Assembly (NCBI GenBank): GCA_050010675.1
Contig: JBEKKN010000003.1
Coordinates: 1,668 to 65,667, forward strand
DNA: 64,000 nucleotides
Direction: 5' to 3'
DNA from: Verrucomicrobiota bacterium
Lineage (GTDB): Bacteria > Verrucomicrobiota > Verrucomicrobiia > Limisphaerales > UBA11358
Below are positions 36,756-45,408 of this stretch, piece by piece; within the stretch, counting starts at the first letter, position 1, and each line of letters begins with the position of its first letter. A model generated the notes under the pieces. That model saw only the letters and a program-made list of their open reading frames with translations. It was not told the DNA's origin and did not search any database. The translations under genes were made by a program, and so were the position numbers.

Positions 36756-38222
36756 ATGGCCCTGAAACTGTTCAACACCCTGTCGCGCTCGATCCAGGAA
36801 TTCACACCGCTCGATTCCGCCGGAAAAAAGGTCGGCATGTATTGCTGCGGGCCGACGGTCTATGACTTCGCCCACATCGGCAACTGGCGTACGTTTGTCT
36901 TCGCTGATCTCGTCCGCCGTTACCTCGAATTCAAGGGCTACGCCGTCACCCACGTGATGAACATCACCGACGTGGAGGACAAAATCATCAAGCGGGTTCG
37001 TGAAACCAAAACGTCGCTCCGCGAATTCACCGGGAAATACGAGACCGCGTTCTTCGCGGACCTGAAGACGTTGAACTGCCTCGAGCCACATCAGACGCCG
37101 CGCGCCACCGGGTATATTGCCGAAATCATTGCGCTCATCGAAAAACTGGTCGCCCGCGGCATCGCCTACCAGGCCGCCGATGGTTCGGTTTATTTCAGTA
37201 TCGAGAAGTATCAGGGCTGCGGCTGCACCTACGGTCGGTTGCTCAAGCTCAACTTCGACGAACTCCGCCCCGGCGAACGCACCCGGAGCGATGAATACGC
37301 CAAAGAATCGGTGACCGACTTCGCGCTGTGGAAGGCGCGCGCGCCCGAAGACGGCGACGTTTGCTGGCCCAGCCCCTGGGGCGAAGGCCGGCCGGGCTGG
37401 CACATCGAATGTTCGGCCATGAGCATGAAAGTGCTCGGCGAAAGTTTTGACCTGCACCTCGGGGGCGAGGACCTGAAATTTCCGCATCACGAAGACGAAA
37501 TTGCCCAGAGCGAAGGCGCCACTGGCAAACCGTTTGCGAAATATTGGCTCCACGGGGCGTTCCTGCTCGTGGAAGGCAAGAAGATGAGCAAATCGCTCGG
37601 CAACTTTTTCACGCTGCGCGATTTGCTGGCGAAAGGTTTTACCGGACGCGAAATCCGTCATCTGCTGCTCACGGCGCATTATCGCGAGACGTTCAACTTC
37701 ACGCTCGAAGGTTTGCAGGGCGCGCGCGCGGCGCTGGCCCGGATTGATGAGTGCATTTCGAAACTGCGGGACATTTCGTCGTCAACCTCCACCGGGAGCG
37801 CCGGCTTCCAGCCGGCGGGTTCACAACCGAAGGAAAATCCAGCCGCCGGCAGGATGCCGGCGCTCCCGGCAGCACTTCAACCCTTCAGCGATTCACTCGA
37901 TGAAGATTTGAATATTTCCGCCGGGTGGGGTGCGGTTTTTGAATGGATTCGTGAATTGAACCGGCGTATGGCGGAGAGTTCGTTAAGCACGACCGACGCC
38001 GCGGCGGCCCTGGCGGCCTGGAATAAAATCGATTCCGTGCTCGGCATTGGCACGCCGGCAGAAGCCGAAGCTCCGGCGGAAATTGTTGCCTTGCTGGCAG
38101 CCCGCCAAGCCGCCCGCCAGGCCAAGGATTTCAAAAAGTCGGATGCGATTCGCGACGGGTTGAAGGCAAAAGGCTGGACCATCGAAGACACGACCCAAGG
38201 ATCGAAGCTGAAGAAGATTTAA
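36756..38222 (+). CDS. cysS: Cysteine--tRNA ligase
   Basis: [17 protein letters not shown] (HIGH region), KKMSKSLGN (KMSKS), and Zn ligand context WHIECS. Confidence 0.95.
   Translation: MALKLFNTLSRSIQEFTPLDSAGKKVGMYCCGPTVYDFAHIGNWRTFVFADLVRRYLEFKGYAVTHVMNITDVEDKIIKRVRETKTSLREFTGKYETAFFADLKTLNCLEPHQTPRATGYIAEIIALIEKLVARGIAYQAADGSVYFSIEKYQGCGCTYGRLLKLNFDELRPGERTRSDEYAKESVTDFALWKARAPEDGDVCWPSPWGEGRPGWHIECSAMSMKVLGESFDLHLGGEDLKFPHHEDEIAQSEGATGKPFAKYWLHGAFLLVEGKKMSKSLGNFFTLRDLLAKGFTGREIRHLLLTAHYRETFNFTLEGLQGARAALARIDECISKLRDISSSTSTGSAGFQPAGSQPKENPAAGRMPALPAALQPFSDSLDEDLNISAGWGAVFEWIRELNRRMAESSLSTTDAAAALAAWNKIDSVLGIGTPAEAEAPAEIVALLAARQAARQAKDFKKSDAIRDGLKAKGWTIEDTTQGSKLKKI
37794..37867. repeat. 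74-nt GC-rich palindromic REP-like element inside cysS
   Basis: The arms gggagcgccggcttccagccggcgg (37794-37818) and ccgccggcaggatgccggcgctccc (37843-37867) pair at 23 of 25 positions. Translated as [25 protein letters not shown]. Confidence 0.9.
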
Positions 38223-38300
38223 ACACGAATGCCCGAAACAGAATCCGGCGAGAAATTTCTTTCGTGTGTTTCAGGTATTTTGTGGTTTGATTCGTTGTGC

Positions 38301-38328
38301 CAATCGTAAATCATCAATCGTAAATCAT
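38301..38328. repeat. Two tandem 14-mers (four NNAAATC-type heptamers) abutting the tmk start
   Basis: caatcgtaaatcat x2, then aa, then the ATG at 38331. Confidence 0.9.
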
Positions 38329-38330
38329 AA

Positions 38331-38987
38331 ATGGCAAGAGGCCTGTTCATCACATTTGAGGGCACGGAAGGCTGCGGCAAATCCACGCAGATTGAACTGC
38401 TCGCCAAAACGCTGCGCGTGCTCGGCTACCGCGTCCACATGCTGCGCGAGCCGGGCGGCACGCCCGTGGGCGAGGAAATCCGCCACACCCTCAAGCACAG
38501 CAAGGCCAACGTGGCCATGACCCCGGAAACCGAATTGCTGCTGGTGAACGCCAGCCGGGCGCAGCTCGTCCGGGAAATCATCCGCCCCGCGCTGGCCGTC
38601 GGTGAGGTCGTCCTGTCCGACCGCTTTTACGATTCGACCACGGCATACCAGGGTCATGGCCGGGGGCTCGATCTGGCGCTGGTGAAAAGCGTGATTGATG
38701 TTGCCGTGGGCGACACCCGGCCGGATTTGACCTTGTTTCTGCACGTGTCACCCGAAGTCAGCGCGGAACGGCTGCTGTCGCGGCAATCCACCCTGCCCTT
38801 CATCCGCGACCGGATGGAAGAAGGGGACCGGAACTTTTTTGCCCGCGTCGCCAAAGGCTACGAGGCCATTGCCGCCGCCGAACCCCGGCGCGTACAGGTG
38901 GTGGACGGCGCCAGCTCCATCGAGTTTGTCTGCGCAAAAATCTGGGAACAGGTGCAGCCCATCCTGCCGCGCGTCGGGCGTTGGTGA
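38331..38987 (+). CDS. tmk: Thymidylate kinase
   Basis: P-loop FEGTEGCGKST, DRFYDSTTAYQG, 218 aa. Confidence 0.9.
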   Translation: MARGLFITFEGTEGCGKSTQIELLAKTLRVLGYRVHMLREPGGTPVGEEIRHTLKHSKANVAMTPETELLLVNASRAQLVREIIRPALAVGEVVLSDRFYDSTTAYQGHGRGLDLALVKSVIDVAVGDTRPDLTLFLHVSPEVSAERLLSRQSTLPFIRDRMEEGDRNFFARVAKGYEAIAAAEPRRVQVVDGASSIEFVCAKIWEQVQPILPRVGRW

Positions 38988-39027
38988 ACAAACTTGCCGA
39001 ATTCCCGGCAACGAATACGTTGGCAAC

Positions 39028-39360
39028 ATGAATGAAGGCAATCTGAACGAAATCGAGGAAAAAATCCGCGAGGCGAAGTCCATCAGCGAGGAACGCAAAC
39101 GCGAGCTGCTCCAACTGCTCGGCACGCTGAAAGCCGAGATTGGCCGGCTCTCCAAAACGCACGACGAGCAGGCGCAGAGCATCGCCGGTTTTGCGGAGCT
39201 CTCGGCCCATGAAGCCACGCGCCGGCAACAAAATCCGGATTCATTGCGCCATTCGCTGGAGGGACTGCGATCGTCCGTCGAGGGTTTTGAAAAATCACAC
39301 CCGCAACTCGTCCGGATCGTGGACAGCATCAGCAACATGCTGTCGAACCTGGGAATCTAA
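39028..39360 (+). CDS. Hypothetical small helical protein (DUF4404-like, from memory)
   Basis: 110 aa from ATG 39028. Charged, coiled-coil-like composition. The longer ORF from 38839 overlaps tmk. Confidence 0.45.
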   Translation: MNEGNLNEIEEKIREAKSISEERKRELLQLLGTLKAEIGRLSKTHDEQAQSIAGFAELSAHEATRRQQNPDSLRHSLEGLRSSVEGFEKSHPQLVRIVDSISNMLSNLGI

Positions 39361-39364
39361 TTGT

Positions 39365-39433
39365 GGGAGGGACGGCGTGTCGCCGTCCCTGACTGCTCGT
39401 AAAATTGGGGACGCCGACACGGCGTCCCTCCCC
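39365..39433. repeat. Double-hairpin REP-like element (GGGAGGGAC family), copy A, between convergent genes
   Basis: Contains gggacggcg-tgt-cgccgtccc and gggacgccg-aca-cggcgtccc inside an outer gggaggg...ccctccc pair. Reverse complement of copy B at 45854-45922. Confidence 0.9.
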
Positions 39434-39442
39434 AAACACATA

Positions 39443-40081
39443 TCAGTCTTCCCGCGGCTCCAGTTTCGCAATGGCCGCCATGATTTCATCCGCGATTTCC
39501 TGGTAAATTTCCTTCAGCCGCGGCTTGGAACAGGTCTTCGCCTCGGCGCGCCATTGTTCAAAACTCATCGGCCGGCCATATTTCACGGTGATCCGTTTAG
39601 GGCGCGGAAATTTTACGTGGCGCCCATACGCCTCGTACGTGCCAAACACGCGCACCGGCACGACCGGGGCGTTGGATTTGATCACCACCAGGCCGATGCC
39701 CGAACGCGCGGGCTGCAAACGGCCATCGCGCGTTCGCGTGCCTTCCGGAAACAGAATGATGCCGCCACCGGCGAGCAGCCGGTCGAGAATCGCCTTCAAG
39801 CCCGCCGCACCGCCGCCGTCGCGGTCCACCGGCACGGCATTCCACGAACGCAGGAGCGCGCCGATGCCGGGAAATCGAAACAGGCTTTCGCGGGCGAGAT
39901 AATTGATGCCACGGCTCAACCCGGCGCCCACCAGCGGTGGATCCAGAAAGCTCGCGTGGTTGGAGGCCAGAATCACCGCCCCGGTCCCGGGCACGCGTTC
40001 CGGATTGAAGACCCGCCAGCGAAAATACGTCGCATACCACGCGCGAAAAAAAAGCCAGCCGAGGCGATACGAGAAATTCAT
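39443..40081 (-). CDS. plsC: 1-acyl-sn-glycerol-3-phosphate acyltransferase
   Basis: NHASFLD (HX4D) and FPEGTRTRDG motifs. ATG 40081 overlaps the cmk stop (ATGA). Confidence 0.85.
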   Translation of the reverse strand: MNFSYRLGWLFFRAWYATYFRWRVFNPERVPGTGAVILASNHASFLDPPLVGAGLSRGINYLARESLFRFPGIGALLRSWNAVPVDRDGGGAAGLKAILDRLLAGGGIILFPEGTRTRDGRLQPARSGIGLVVIKSNAPVVPVRVFGTYEAYGRHVKFPRPKRITVKYGRPMSFEQWRAEAKTCSKPRLKEIYQEIADEIMAAIAKLEPRED

Positions 40082-40740
40082 TGTTCCGCCAGCCGTTTCC
40101 TGACCTCCGCAATGATGAGCCCGCTTGTTTGTTCGGACGTCAGGTTTGAATTGTTGATGACCTTCGCCCCCAACGGAACCATCAGCGGGGCGACGGCGCG
40201 CTGGCTGTCGCGCTGGTCGCGCATGGCCAGGTTTTCCCGGACGCCGTCGGCGGCGCGGCGGCGCGATCGTTCCTCCAATTGGGCGTCCAGATAGAATTTG
40301 AAATCCGTTTCCGGAAAGACATTTGTGCCGATGTCGCGGCCTTCCATGACGAGATTGCCGAACTGCAGGCATTCGCGCTGGCGTTTGACCATCCATTCGC
40401 GCGCCTTCGGCACGGCGGCCACATGCGGCACGGCGGCGCTGACTTCGCCGGTGCGGATTTCCCTCTCGGGAAAATAGCCGTCCACCAACAATCGGGCCGC
40501 GCGCAGGCCGCCGGTGTCCACACAATGCAGGACGGCCTTCCACTTGCGGCACGCGGCGGCGACGGCTTTGGCGTCCGACACGTCGATCCGGTGGCTGAGG
40601 CAATACCACGCCAGCGTGCGATACATCGCCCCCGTGTCCACGTAAACACAGTCGAGTGCCCGGGCCACCAGTTTGGCGTTCGTGCTCTTGCCGCTCGCGC
40701 TGGTGCCATCGATCGCTATGATAATTTGCGGTTTCATCAA
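40078..40740 (-). CDS. cmk: Cytidylate kinase
   Basis: IAIDGTSASGKST P-loop, VYVDTGAMYR, GRDIGTNVFP. Confidence 0.9.
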   Translation of the reverse strand: MMKPQIIIAIDGTSASGKSTNAKLVARALDCVYVDTGAMYRTLAWYCLSHRIDVSDAKAVAAACRKWKAVLHCVDTGGLRAARLLVDGYFPEREIRTGEVSAAVPHVAAVPKAREWMVKRQRECLQFGNLVMEGRDIGTNVFPETDFKFYLDAQLEERSRRRAADGVRENLAMRDQRDSQRAVAPLMVPLGAKVINNSNLTSEQTSGLIIAEVRKRLAEQ

Positions 40741-40749
40741 ATCGTAATC

Positions 40750-42087
40750 TTAATCGGCAAATAAATCCTCGATGGCCAGCGTTTGTCCCGTCTTCGCATC
40801 CAAAATCATCGCCCCCAAACCCGGCGGCGGCGGCGTGGCAAACTTTTGGAAGAAATTCGGAAAGGTCTTTTTCACACAGGCCGGATTCCTGATTTTGATG
40901 CCCGGCACCTTCAGGCCCAGCGTCGCAAAACACATCGCCATGCGATGGTCGTTGTAAGTTTCAATTTCCGCGCCATGCAGCGGCGAAGGGTAAACCGTCA
41001 GGGTGTCGCCTTCCTCGACGACTTTGGCGCCGCACTTGGTCAATTCCGTGTGCACGGCGGAGACCCGGTCACATTCCTGCACGCGCAGGTGGCCGAGATC
41101 CGTGAATTTCACCGGATGATTCGCGAACGGCGCGGTCACCATCAAGGTCATGATGCTGTCGCCCAGATCAGCTTCCCGGGAAACCGTTTCGGGAAGAATG
41201 CGGTAGTTCAAAAACTTTGTATCAATTTGAAAACCCGCTCCGAGGATCGGCCAGCGCATTACGGTGACAGGATGCGCTTCGGTCTGGGCGGAACCGGCCG
41301 CCAGCCAGCCAGCGGCGAGGAAATAACTGCCACTGGACGAATCGGGGTCAACGGGATAGACGCCTCCCTTCATGCCGCGTTCCGGATGCCGGCTTTGCTT
41401 CCGGCTCCAGTAAAAATACGCGCACATCTCGCGGGTCATGTAAACATAAGGGGATTCCTCGATGTTTTCGCCGACGATTTCGACCTGCCAGCCGGCGGCC
41501 AGCGAGCACATCAACAGCGCGCTGGCAAACTGCGAACTTTCCTCGATGCTCACCTGGCATTGGCCCGCGCGCGGACCCGCTCCGTGAATGACGGCGGGGA
41601 GCCGGTCGTTCGGCGAATCCACGCGATAACCCAGCTGGCGCAAGGCCTGAAACAAGGCCGCCTGCGGGCGTTCGTGCATCCGGGGCACGCCGCTCAAACG
41701 ATAGGCGCCGCGGCCCAGACAAACGAACGCCGCGAGAAACCGGGCCGCCGTTCCGGAGTTGCCCACAAACAATTCCATCGGTTTTTCCCCGGTCCCCGTA
41801 CCGCCCTGCGGCAGGATTTTCCCGCCCAGACCTCCCACCGTGATGGTGCGGTTGCACAACTCCTCCGGATCGGGCGCGACGTTGACCACGAAGCCGAGCT
41901 GCTGCAGGCACTCCACCATGATTTGCGTGTCCTCGCTCCAGAGGGCGCTCTCCAGCGTGACCGCGCCGTCCGCCAGCGCCGCCAGGATGAGTGCGCGGTT
42001 GGTGATGCTCTTGGAGCCGGGCACGGTGACTTCCGCGTGCACCGGTTTATCGAGCGGCACGATTTCGATGAGGTCAGGTAAAGGCAT
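40750..42087 (-). CDS. aroA: 3-phosphoshikimate 1-carboxyvinyltransferase (EPSP synthase)
   Basis: VPGSKSITNRALILAALA, LFVGNSGTAARFL and DHRMAMCFA blocks. Confidence 0.9.
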   Translation of the reverse strand: MPLPDLIEIVPLDKPVHAEVTVPGSKSITNRALILAALADGAVTLESALWSEDTQIMVECLQQLGFVVNVAPDPEELCNRTITVGGLGGKILPQGGTGTGEKPMELFVGNSGTAARFLAAFVCLGRGAYRLSGVPRMHERPQAALFQALRQLGYRVDSPNDRLPAVIHGAGPRAGQCQVSIEESSQFASALLMCSLAAGWQVEIVGENIEESPYVYMTREMCAYFYWSRKQSRHPERGMKGGVYPVDPDSSSGSYFLAAGWLAAGSAQTEAHPVTVMRWPILGAGFQIDTKFLNYRILPETVSREADLGDSIMTLMVTAPFANHPVKFTDLGHLRVQECDRVSAVHTELTKCGAKVVEEGDTLTVYPSPLHGAEIETYNDHRMAMCFATLGLKVPGIKIRNPACVKKTFPNFFQKFATPPPPGLGAMILDAKTGQTLAIEDLFAD

Positions 42088-42111
42088 GTTAACCGCGGAT
42101 CCCGCGTTGCC

Positions 42112-42230
42112 GGACAGATGGACACAAATGAAAATGGATGGATGGATGGATGGATAAATGGAGAATTGGCGTTTTCACCAATCCATCAATCCATTTATCC
42201 ATCGATCCAACGATTGTATCCGGGTTCATC
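42112..42230. repeat. GGAT-rich imperfect inverted repeat (tyrA-aroA spacer)
   Basis: The tandem run aatggatggatggatggatggataaatgga faces ccaatccatcaatccatttatccatcgatcca. There is a perfect complementary 14-mer core: gatggataaatgga at 42149-42162 and tccatttatccatc at 42190-42203. It shares acagatggacac with the 3193-3222 arm. Confidence 0.75.
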
Positions 42231-42240
42231 GAGGGTTGAT

Positions 42241-43131
42241 TCATTCCGGCGACGGCGAAGCGCAACGCGCGCACCAATGATCGCGACGGGCTTTGGCGGT
42301 TTCAAAAAACCTCGTGACCGCCTTTCCATCGGCTTTGGCCAGCCACGTTTGAAATTGACACAACTCCGCAATGAAGCCGGTCAAAGCTTTCGTCAGATTT
42401 TTACGGTTCGCCAGCGCGATGTCGCGCCACATTTCCGGTGAACCGGAGGCAATGCGCGTCGTGTCCCGGAACCCGTTGGCACAAAGCGCCGCCTGATGTT
42501 TGAGGCCTGACGGATTCAAAATATGACCGGCCAGACCTGCCGCCACCACATGCGGCAGATGGCTGGACCGGCTGACGAGCAAATCGTGTTGTTCGGGCGC
42601 CAGCCGCAACGTTCGCGCGCCCAGCGCCTGCCAAAACTGCTCAACCTTGCGAACCGCAGCCGGATTCGATTTTTTGGTCGGCGTCACGACGCAGATGGCG
42701 TTCACGAACAAATCCGCGCTGGCGGCGCCCACCCCGGTTTTTTCCGCCCCGGCCATGGGATGGCTGCCGACAAAATGCGCGCCGGCCCGGGCCACGAGCG
42801 ATTCGAGCTCGCGCACGACACTGGCTTTCACACTGCCGACGTCGGTAACCAGCGCGCCGCGCTTCAATGCCGGGAGCATTTCCCGGACGCGGGAACGCAT
42901 TTGCGCCAGGGGCGTGCACAGAATCACCAGGTCGGCGTCCCAGACGGCGGCCAGCAAATCGGTGGTGGCAAAATCCACCGCGCCCGCCTTTTCACAATCC
43001 TTCAGGCTGGCGGTGCGCCGGACGAAACCGCCCACTCCCCCGCGTGAAGCGAGCTTGCGGCGTTTCACGGCCAGGCCGATGGACCCCCCGAGCAGACCGA
43101 CGCCGATGATGGTGATTTTGTGAAACGGCAC
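42241..43131 (-). CDS. tyrA: Prephenate/arogenate dehydrogenase
   Basis: Rossmann motif ITIIGVGLLGGSIG right after the proposed GTG start at 43131. Also GSHPMAG and a TyrA-type C-terminal domain. The upstream 54 codons of the ORF look non-coding. Confidence 0.8.
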   Translation of the reverse strand: MPFHKITIIGVGLLGGSIGLAVKRRKLASRGGVGGFVRRTASLKDCEKAGAVDFATTDLLAAVWDADLVILCTPLAQMRSRVREMLPALKRGALVTDVGSVKASVVRELESLVARAGAHFVGSHPMAGAEKTGVGAASADLFVNAICVVTPTKKSNPAAVRKVEQFWQALGARTLRLAPEQHDLLVSRSSHLPHVVAAGLAGHILNPSGLKHQAALCANGFRDTTRIASGSPEMWRDIALANRKNLTKALTGFIAELCQFQTWLAKADGKAVTRFFETAKARRDHWCARCASPSPE

Positions 43132-43302
43132 GCGGCGAAGATAGCGGATGGAGGACGCCGGATGAAAGATGGAAATAGCGGCGGTAGATGCATCCAAAAG
43201 CGTCAGAGGGCTGGCGCAGTCCAAGGCGATCACGCGTAAACCGGAGTCGCCAAAATATCCGAAAGGTCCTGGAGTGCGGCAGCCCGCCGCCACCTTGTAA
43301 TA

Positions 43303-44400
43303 TTATGGGGCAACCCCCGCCGAGTTGTTGTTTGCCGATTTGAAGCACGCATCCATCACCCGTTGCGTTTGCAGCGCCCACATTGGCCATTCGTCGTTCA
43401 ACTTGCCGGAAAAAACCTGGTTGGCAAAGTTGCGGAACATGAGGGTGTTCTGCGCAACCGCATGGCCAAGGTCAGCCGGATCGGAAGCCGGCGTTGGTGC
43501 TTGGGCCCGGGTCGGAACCCGGACCTCCGTCCGATTGACCTCAAAGGCCGGTTCATAGCCGTTGAACGGATGGACAAAATCGGGCATCCGCAGCCAGCCA
43601 TCCCGGCCACTGACAAAAACCCATTGCTGCGGGGCGGCGAGAAACGAACAGTAGAATCCCGCTGAAACGCCACCATCAAAAACCAGTTCGGCGGAAAAGT
43701 CGGTGGGCGCGGGTACCCGGCCGCCGGCCGGCCCGGATTGCGAGAGAATCCGGCCCGTGACGGTATGCGGCAGCCGCCACTTCACCGCCCACAGCGTGAA
43801 CCGGATGCAATACCAGCCCAGATCGCCAAGGCAGCCGGTCGGTTCCAGCCGTCCGTCCACGCGGATGTTGGTGTCGGAAAATCCGCCGGTGCCGAGAAAA
43901 CTGAACGCCGACTCAATCCGCCGCATCGGGCCGACGCTTTTATCATCGTCCAACATTTCGCTAACCCTGGGCAACCGGGGGTTGTGCATGAACATCACGC
44001 CATCCATGAATTGCACGCGATGTTTGCGACAGGCGTCGGTCATCTCCTGGACATCGGGAAAACCGATGCCGCACGGCTTTTCGCAAACCACATGCTTGCC
44101 GGCCGCCGCCGCGCGCAACACCCATTCCTTGCGCAGCCCCGTCGGCAACGGAATGTAAACAGCATCCACGTCCGGCGACGCGAGCAGTTCCTCATAACTG
44201 CCAAGCGCGGCGGGTTCGGCGGCAAAGGGAAACTCGGCCTGAAGTTTACCGATGAATTCGCGGCTGCGCCCCGCGTCCCGGCTGGCCACGGCCGCGACGA
44301 CGGCGTTGCCGGAATTGGAAATCGCCTTCCAGTTCTGGCGGCCGATGTTGGCCGTGCTTAAGATTCCAAACCGCAGTGGTTTCATAAATTCAATCATCAT
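43303..44400 (-). CDS. Gfo/Idh/MocA-family NAD(P)-dependent oxidoreductase
   Basis: N-terminal Rossmann fold (LRFGILSTANIGRQN) and a VVCEKP block. Confidence 0.8.
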   Translation of the reverse strand: MMIEFMKPLRFGILSTANIGRQNWKAISNSGNAVVAAVASRDAGRSREFIGKLQAEFPFAAEPAALGSYEELLASPDVDAVYIPLPTGLRKEWVLRAAAAGKHVVCEKPCGIGFPDVQEMTDACRKHRVQFMDGVMFMHNPRLPRVSEMLDDDKSVGPMRRIESAFSFLGTGGFSDTNIRVDGRLEPTGCLGDLGWYCIRFTLWAVKWRLPHTVTGRILSQSGPAGGRVPAPTDFSAELVFDGGVSAGFYCSFLAAPQQWVFVSGRDGWLRMPDFVHPFNGYEPAFEVNRTEVRVPTRAQAPTPASDPADLGHAVAQNTLMFRNFANQVFSGKLNDEWPMWALQTQRVMDACFKSANNNSAGVAP

Positions 44401-44403
44401 CTT

Positions 44404-44469
44404 TGTAGGAGACGACGTAAGGAGTCTCAGATTTTATTCAGTTCGAGTCTCGTCACCTCGACTCCTACA
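44404..44469. repeat. 66-nt palindromic REP-like element (TGTAGGAG...CTCCTACA) overlapping the cbiX 3' end
   Basis: tgtaggagacgacgtaaggagtctc ... gagtctcgtcacctcgactcctaca. The cbiX stop (44434-44436) and its last ~11 codons lie inside the element. Confidence 0.75.
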
Positions 44470-45285
44470 GGCCTCCCGCACACTTTCCAAAATCACGTCG
44501 GCCAGATGCGGCTCGCTGCCGATGGCGGGCGCGTACCAGACCAGTTTGCTGTTTTTTTCAGTCGGATTGCGCCAGACCGGCTGGCCGGCGGCCAGCCGTT
44601 GCGAAACCGCCGCCCGGGATTCGCCCAGCAAAACCGGAATATCTTCCCGCGTGTGCAGCCCGTCGCTGATAAAAAACGGCACGACGACGAGATTTTTTGT
44701 CTGCGCGAGCTGGTAGCATTCGGGAATGCGCGGGCTTTCTTCAAGAAAAATCGCGTGCACACCGGCGTAAAGGTTCATCGCCCGCAGCAAGGCCACCTGC
44801 CGGTCAACCGGTTTGCGTGAATTCTCGTTTTTCTCCGTGCCATGCCCGGCAATGAACAGCGTGAGCTCTCCCGGCCGGGGCGCGCGGGGGAATGGAAACT
44901 TTTCAACAATTTCCCGGGCGCGGGACAGGATCACGCCCGTCATGCTGTCGTGCGAACCAACGGGACGGCAGTAAATCCGTGTTGAATGTTGAGTGTTGAG
45001 CGTTGAAAGACCAGGGGCAAAACCAAGCTCGCGGGGGATGACTTCACTGGCGAAATAGCCTTCGCTGATGAAAAGCGGTGCGATGAAGACGCGCGGCGCG
45101 GAAAGTTTCGCGAGGACCCGCTTGATTTGCGGTTGCTGTTTCCAGAACGCCTCGTGGACTTCGGCGAAAAGGCTCCGGCGGCGCAATTCCGCCGCGTGTT
45201 GACGGACCGGCGCGGCGGAATCGGCGTTTTGCTCCGTGCCGTGACCCAGCACCACGAGCGCGGCATCGGTAAAAGTATTGTCCAC
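44434..45285 (-). CDS. cbiX: Sirohydrochlorin chelatase, two-domain CbiX/SirB type
   Basis: Two CbiX-like halves (VVLGHGTEQNADS...APLFISEGYF and FIAGHGTEKNENS...VPFFISDGLH). Confidence 0.75.
   Translation of the reverse strand: MDNTFTDAALVVLGHGTEQNADSAAPVRQHAAELRRRSLFAEVHEAFWKQQPQIKRVLAKLSAPRVFIAPLFISEGYFASEVIPRELGFAPGLSTLNTQHSTRIYCRPVGSHDSMTGVILSRAREIVEKFPFPRAPRPGELTLFIAGHGTEKNENSRKPVDRQVALLRAMNLYAGVHAIFLEESPRIPECYQLAQTKNLVVVPFFISDGLHTREDIPVLLGESRAAVSQRLAAGQPVWRNPTEKNSKLVWYAPAIGSEPHLADVILESVREACRSRGDETRTE
44979..45006. repeat. Four RYGTTGA heptamers inside cbiX
   Basis: gtgttga atgttga gtgttga gcgttga. Translated on the minus strand as part of LSTLNTQHSTRIY, between the two CbiX halves. 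Confidence 0.9.
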
Positions 45286-45408
45286 GCGAAAGGGTTAGCC
45301 CAGGAACGGGCCATTCGCAAGCTGGCCATCCGCAAAAGTGCATTTTGATTGAAACCTTTTTACCGTTGGCCCATCTTAAGTTCAAATTGTCCGGGAAATA
45401 AGCAAACC

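Noticed and set aside
39443-40933. Single 496-aa ORF spanning plsC, cmk and part of aroA
   Set aside because: Only the C-terminal 212 aa (from ATG 40081) are acyltransferase-like. The upstream part is Arg/Gly/Pro-rich and overlaps the well-supported cmk gene in another frame. The ATGA overlap at 40078-40081 fits cmk-plsC coupling.
42107-42240. Short ORFs translating the GGATGG repeats (MDGWMDGWING-type peptides, ORFs 42118..42441 and 42089..42277)
   Set aside because: These are translations of a tandem or inverted DNA repeat in an intercistronic spacer. Both overlap tyrA or the repeat only, and neither has coding-like composition.
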